Origin: Vicinamibacterales bacterium
Lineage (GTDB): Bacteria; Acidobacteriota; Vicinamibacteria; Vicinamibacterales; JAMQPK01
Direction of reading: 5' to 3'
Assembly: GCA_963821375.1 (NCBI GenBank)
Contig: CAWGDN010000007.1
Location: 47,306 to 111,305, forward strand
DNA length: 64,000 nucleotides
Made by a program: the position numbers and the translations under genes
The notes under the pieces: model-generated
The model's input: the letters and a program-made list of their open reading frames with translations, nothing else
Database searches by the model: none
Told to the model about the DNA's origin: nothing
In this document: piece after piece, positions 59,336-64,000 of the stretch
Layout of the letters: each line of letters opens with the position of its first letter
Position numbering within the stretch: position 1 is the first letter of the stretch

Positions 59336-61810
59336 TCAACGTAAGCCGCCTTTCGGTGAACGTCCTCAGGCTCACCGTCTCGCCGTCGGTTTCGATCGTG
59401 ACTGCTCCGTCCTGATCGGTGCGGAAGATCGCCGCACCGACTTCCGATAGCGCGCGAGCACGGCTGGGGACCGGATGGCCGAACGGGTTGCCGCGGCCGG
59501 CGCTGATGACGGCGACGTCCGGGCGCAGCGCGTCCAGGAACATCTCCGAGCTCGACGTCGCGCTGCCGTGGTGCGGCACTTTCAGCATCCGAATCGGCGC
59601 CCGCTCGAACGACGCCGCAATCTCGCGCTCGACTTCCCGGCCGATGTCGCCGGTGAAGACGAACGACACACCGCCGTAGCGGAGCTCGATCACGTCCGAG
59701 TCGTTGTTGCGCACCCGCTGACGCTCCCAGTCGGGACGCGGCGGATGGCGGACGATCACATCGACGTCGCCGATGCTGACCTTGTCGCCGGGTTGGAGCG
59801 TGCGCCACGCGGCAGCGTGGCGAGTGCGCCAGCGCCCGCAGTTCCTGCGTGGGCTCGTGCGGCGGCACCGGCACGCCTTCCCAGATCTCGAGAGGCATGA
59901 AGTCGCGAAAGACGCTCGCCGCGCCGCCGATGTGATCGGCATCGCCATGCGTGATGCTCATGTAGTCGAGCCGGCGAACGCCGAGCGCCCAGAACGCGGG
60001 CGACACGACGCGGCCGCCGATGTCGAACGCCCCAGCCGGAGACCGCCGGCATCGACGCCAAGCGTTCGCCCATCCGGAAACTGCACGATGGCCGCGTCGC
60101 CCTGGCCGACGTCGAGGAACGTCACGCGCAGCGTGCGGCCGTCCGAAGACCGCTCCGTCGGGGCGAAAGACGATCCAGCACGCGAACGCTGCCGGCAGAA
60201 TTGCGTCCAGCGCGCCGACGCAGCATGAGCGCGGCGACGAGCGCGACGTAGTAGCCGGCCATCACCCAGGGCGACGGCGGCGCGAGCCTCCGCGTCAGCC
60301 ACGGCGCAATGTCGACGAGCGCTGCGCTGCCCACCAGCCCCTCAGCTGCCTGATGAACGATCCACCCCGCACGCCAGCCGGCCTCCCGCGCCCAGGCGAG
60401 CGCGACCGCCGCCATGCCGCCGATCTGCACGACCGTCATCAGCGGAATCGCGGCGAAGTTGGCGACGAGGCCGGCGAACGTGACGCGCGAGAACACGAAC
60501 GCGCTCACAGGCAGCAGCGCGATCTCCGCGCACACCGACGCCGCAAAGAGCGCAGCCGCCGGTCTCGCCCACAGGGGAAGGCGAGCCAACGCGCGCATCC
60601 TCGACATGCCGACGATGATGCCGAGCGTCGCGCCGAACGTGAGCGCAAAGCCGGCGTCGACGATTTGAAGGGGTTGAAGCGACAGCAAGATGGCGGCCGC
60701 GAGCGCAGCCACGTTGCCGGCACGCTGTCGTGATCCGGGATACGCGTCCGCAAGTAGATGACGGCCATCAGCGTCGCGCGCCAGACCGAGCTGCCGCCTC
60801 CGACCACCAGCGCGTAGGCAGACAGCACGACGATCGCGATCACGCCAGTCAGCCTGGCGCCAACGCGCGCCAGCTGCAGGACGGCGAGCACCAGGCCGGC
60901 CAGGATCGCGATGTTGCCGCCGGAGATCGCGATCACGTGGTAGGTCCCGGCCTCCTGCAGCCGCCGCTCGATCTCGTCGTCGAGCCCTGCGCGATCGCCG
61001 ATGAGAATCGCCGTCACGATGGCAGCCGACCGCTCGCTCCAGCGGCCAACACTGCCGGCAATCGCCCCGCGAACCGCCGCACGGACTGACGCCAGCGCCT
61101 CCGTCGAGCCGGTTGCCACGTCCGATCACCTCGACCAGCCGGTCGCTCTTCATCGATCCGACGAGCGACGTGCCCCGCCAGGCAAATTCCCGCTGCGAGT
61201 CGGGCACGCCCGGATTGAGATATGTCGCTGGGCTTTCGGAGCGTGGCCGGAAATCGCACGCGGCGGCCCGCGCGCCATTGCAGAATCTGATCACTCGCCA
61301 ACACGCCGCCGACACCGATGAGCGCCCCGCCCGCTGCGGGATGCGCGACACCGTCGAGCGACAGAGACTCGACGTCGACGCTAGCGTGACACCCGTCGGG
61401 CCGGTCGCCGCATCAGTGCGGAGCCGCCCGGTGACGTCGCCGAACAGTTGGTACTGCCCCGTCGCGACCTGCCGCTCGAACGCTTGAAGCCAGCGGCAGT
61501 GGTCCGTGAACTCGGCGTTCGCCTGCGACTCCCAGCGATACGCCGGTGGCAACGAAGCCAACGAACAGGCACGCTAACGGCGGCCGCCTCGCGCCGCAGC
61601 ACGACAGCCATCAGCGCCGCGAGCCAGACAAACGCCAGGATCGAGATCGGAACGGTGAATGTGGAACAAGAAGCCCGGCGGAAATGCCGGCGGCGAGGCC
61701 GATGGCCGGAAGCGCCGCAGGGTGGCGCACGAAGCGCCGGGAGCAAGCTCAGTGCCGCTTGGCACCGTACGAGCGCGTCGAGCTCGTAGACCGCCGCGAG
61801 CCGGGTCCAT
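59336..61810 (-). CDS. comEC: ComEC/Rec2 DNA internalisation channel with C-terminal MBL domain (many frame changes; ends approximate)
   Basis: [17 protein letters not shown] (N-terminal OB-like region), [16 protein letters not shown] and the TM core are in ORFs 60505-61119 and 60122-61561. The MBL part ([33 protein letters not shown]) is in 59958-60302, 59278-60006 and 59223-59948. Confidence 0.75.
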
Positions 61811-61820
61811 AGGACCCGCC

Positions 61821-64000
<2,180 letters not shown>

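Overview
High-GC bacterial chromosomal window (about two-thirds G+C from counting a few lines by eye, not computed). No tools were used, so every product call rests on motifs I recognise in the supplied ORF translations and in my own re-translation of the DNA. Domain architectures (CarboxypepD_reg-type TonB receptor, PATR-repeat autotransporter, several GT-C-like membrane proteins) suggest Acidobacteriota or Gemmatimonadota, but this is inference only.

Gene content, left to right:
- A membrane-anchored S1C protease.
- A four-gene glycan cluster: two GT4 genes, a polyprenyl glycosylphosphotransferase and a UDP-xylose synthase.
- A long tightly overlapping minus-strand operon: bactofilin-methyltransferase fusion, DUF62 SAM hydrolase, acyl-CoA dehydrogenase, tsaC, hflX, TPR protein, pgsA-like gene.
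- nifS/iscS-like gene and mnmA.
- A GT-C-like membrane protein with a discoidin domain.
- Several small hypothetical genes, a signal-peptide-bearing HpcH-type aldolase, and pirin with two paralogous membrane proteins.
- A TonB-dependent receptor divergent from modABC and an HTH+TOBE regulator.
- A roughly 2,200-aa autotransporter containing 2.75 copies of a roughly 99% identical 828-bp tandem repeat.
- msrB and an aspartyl-protease-PDZ lipoprotein.
- A VTC-domain / DUF4956 / CotH-kinase triad.
- A lower-GC block ending at tRNA-Cys, holding a truncated integrase, a truncated porin, a broken lipoprotein gene and a diverged copy of the tRNA-Cys 3' end. I read this as a decayed integrative island.
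- tRNA-Gly, then galT, yraN, cysS, ribF, an MBL hydrolase, DUF1844, mazG, comEC and the 3' part of carB.

Three window-wide observations:
1. About 20 conserved genes, including essential single-copy ones, need one or more frame changes, and the breaks cluster in particular segments. Assembly indel error is the most likely cause.
2. Seven gene-3' intergenic gaps consist of degenerate 7-nt-period repeats. Several are arranged as long imperfect palindromes running from stop codon to stop codon, and two are G-quadruplex-type G-tract arrays.
3. The best candidates for uncharacterised biology are the VTC/DUF4956/CotH triad and the bactofilin-methyltransferase fusion next to a SAM hydrolase.

I found no CRISPR array, rRNA, intact transposase or recognisable defence system.
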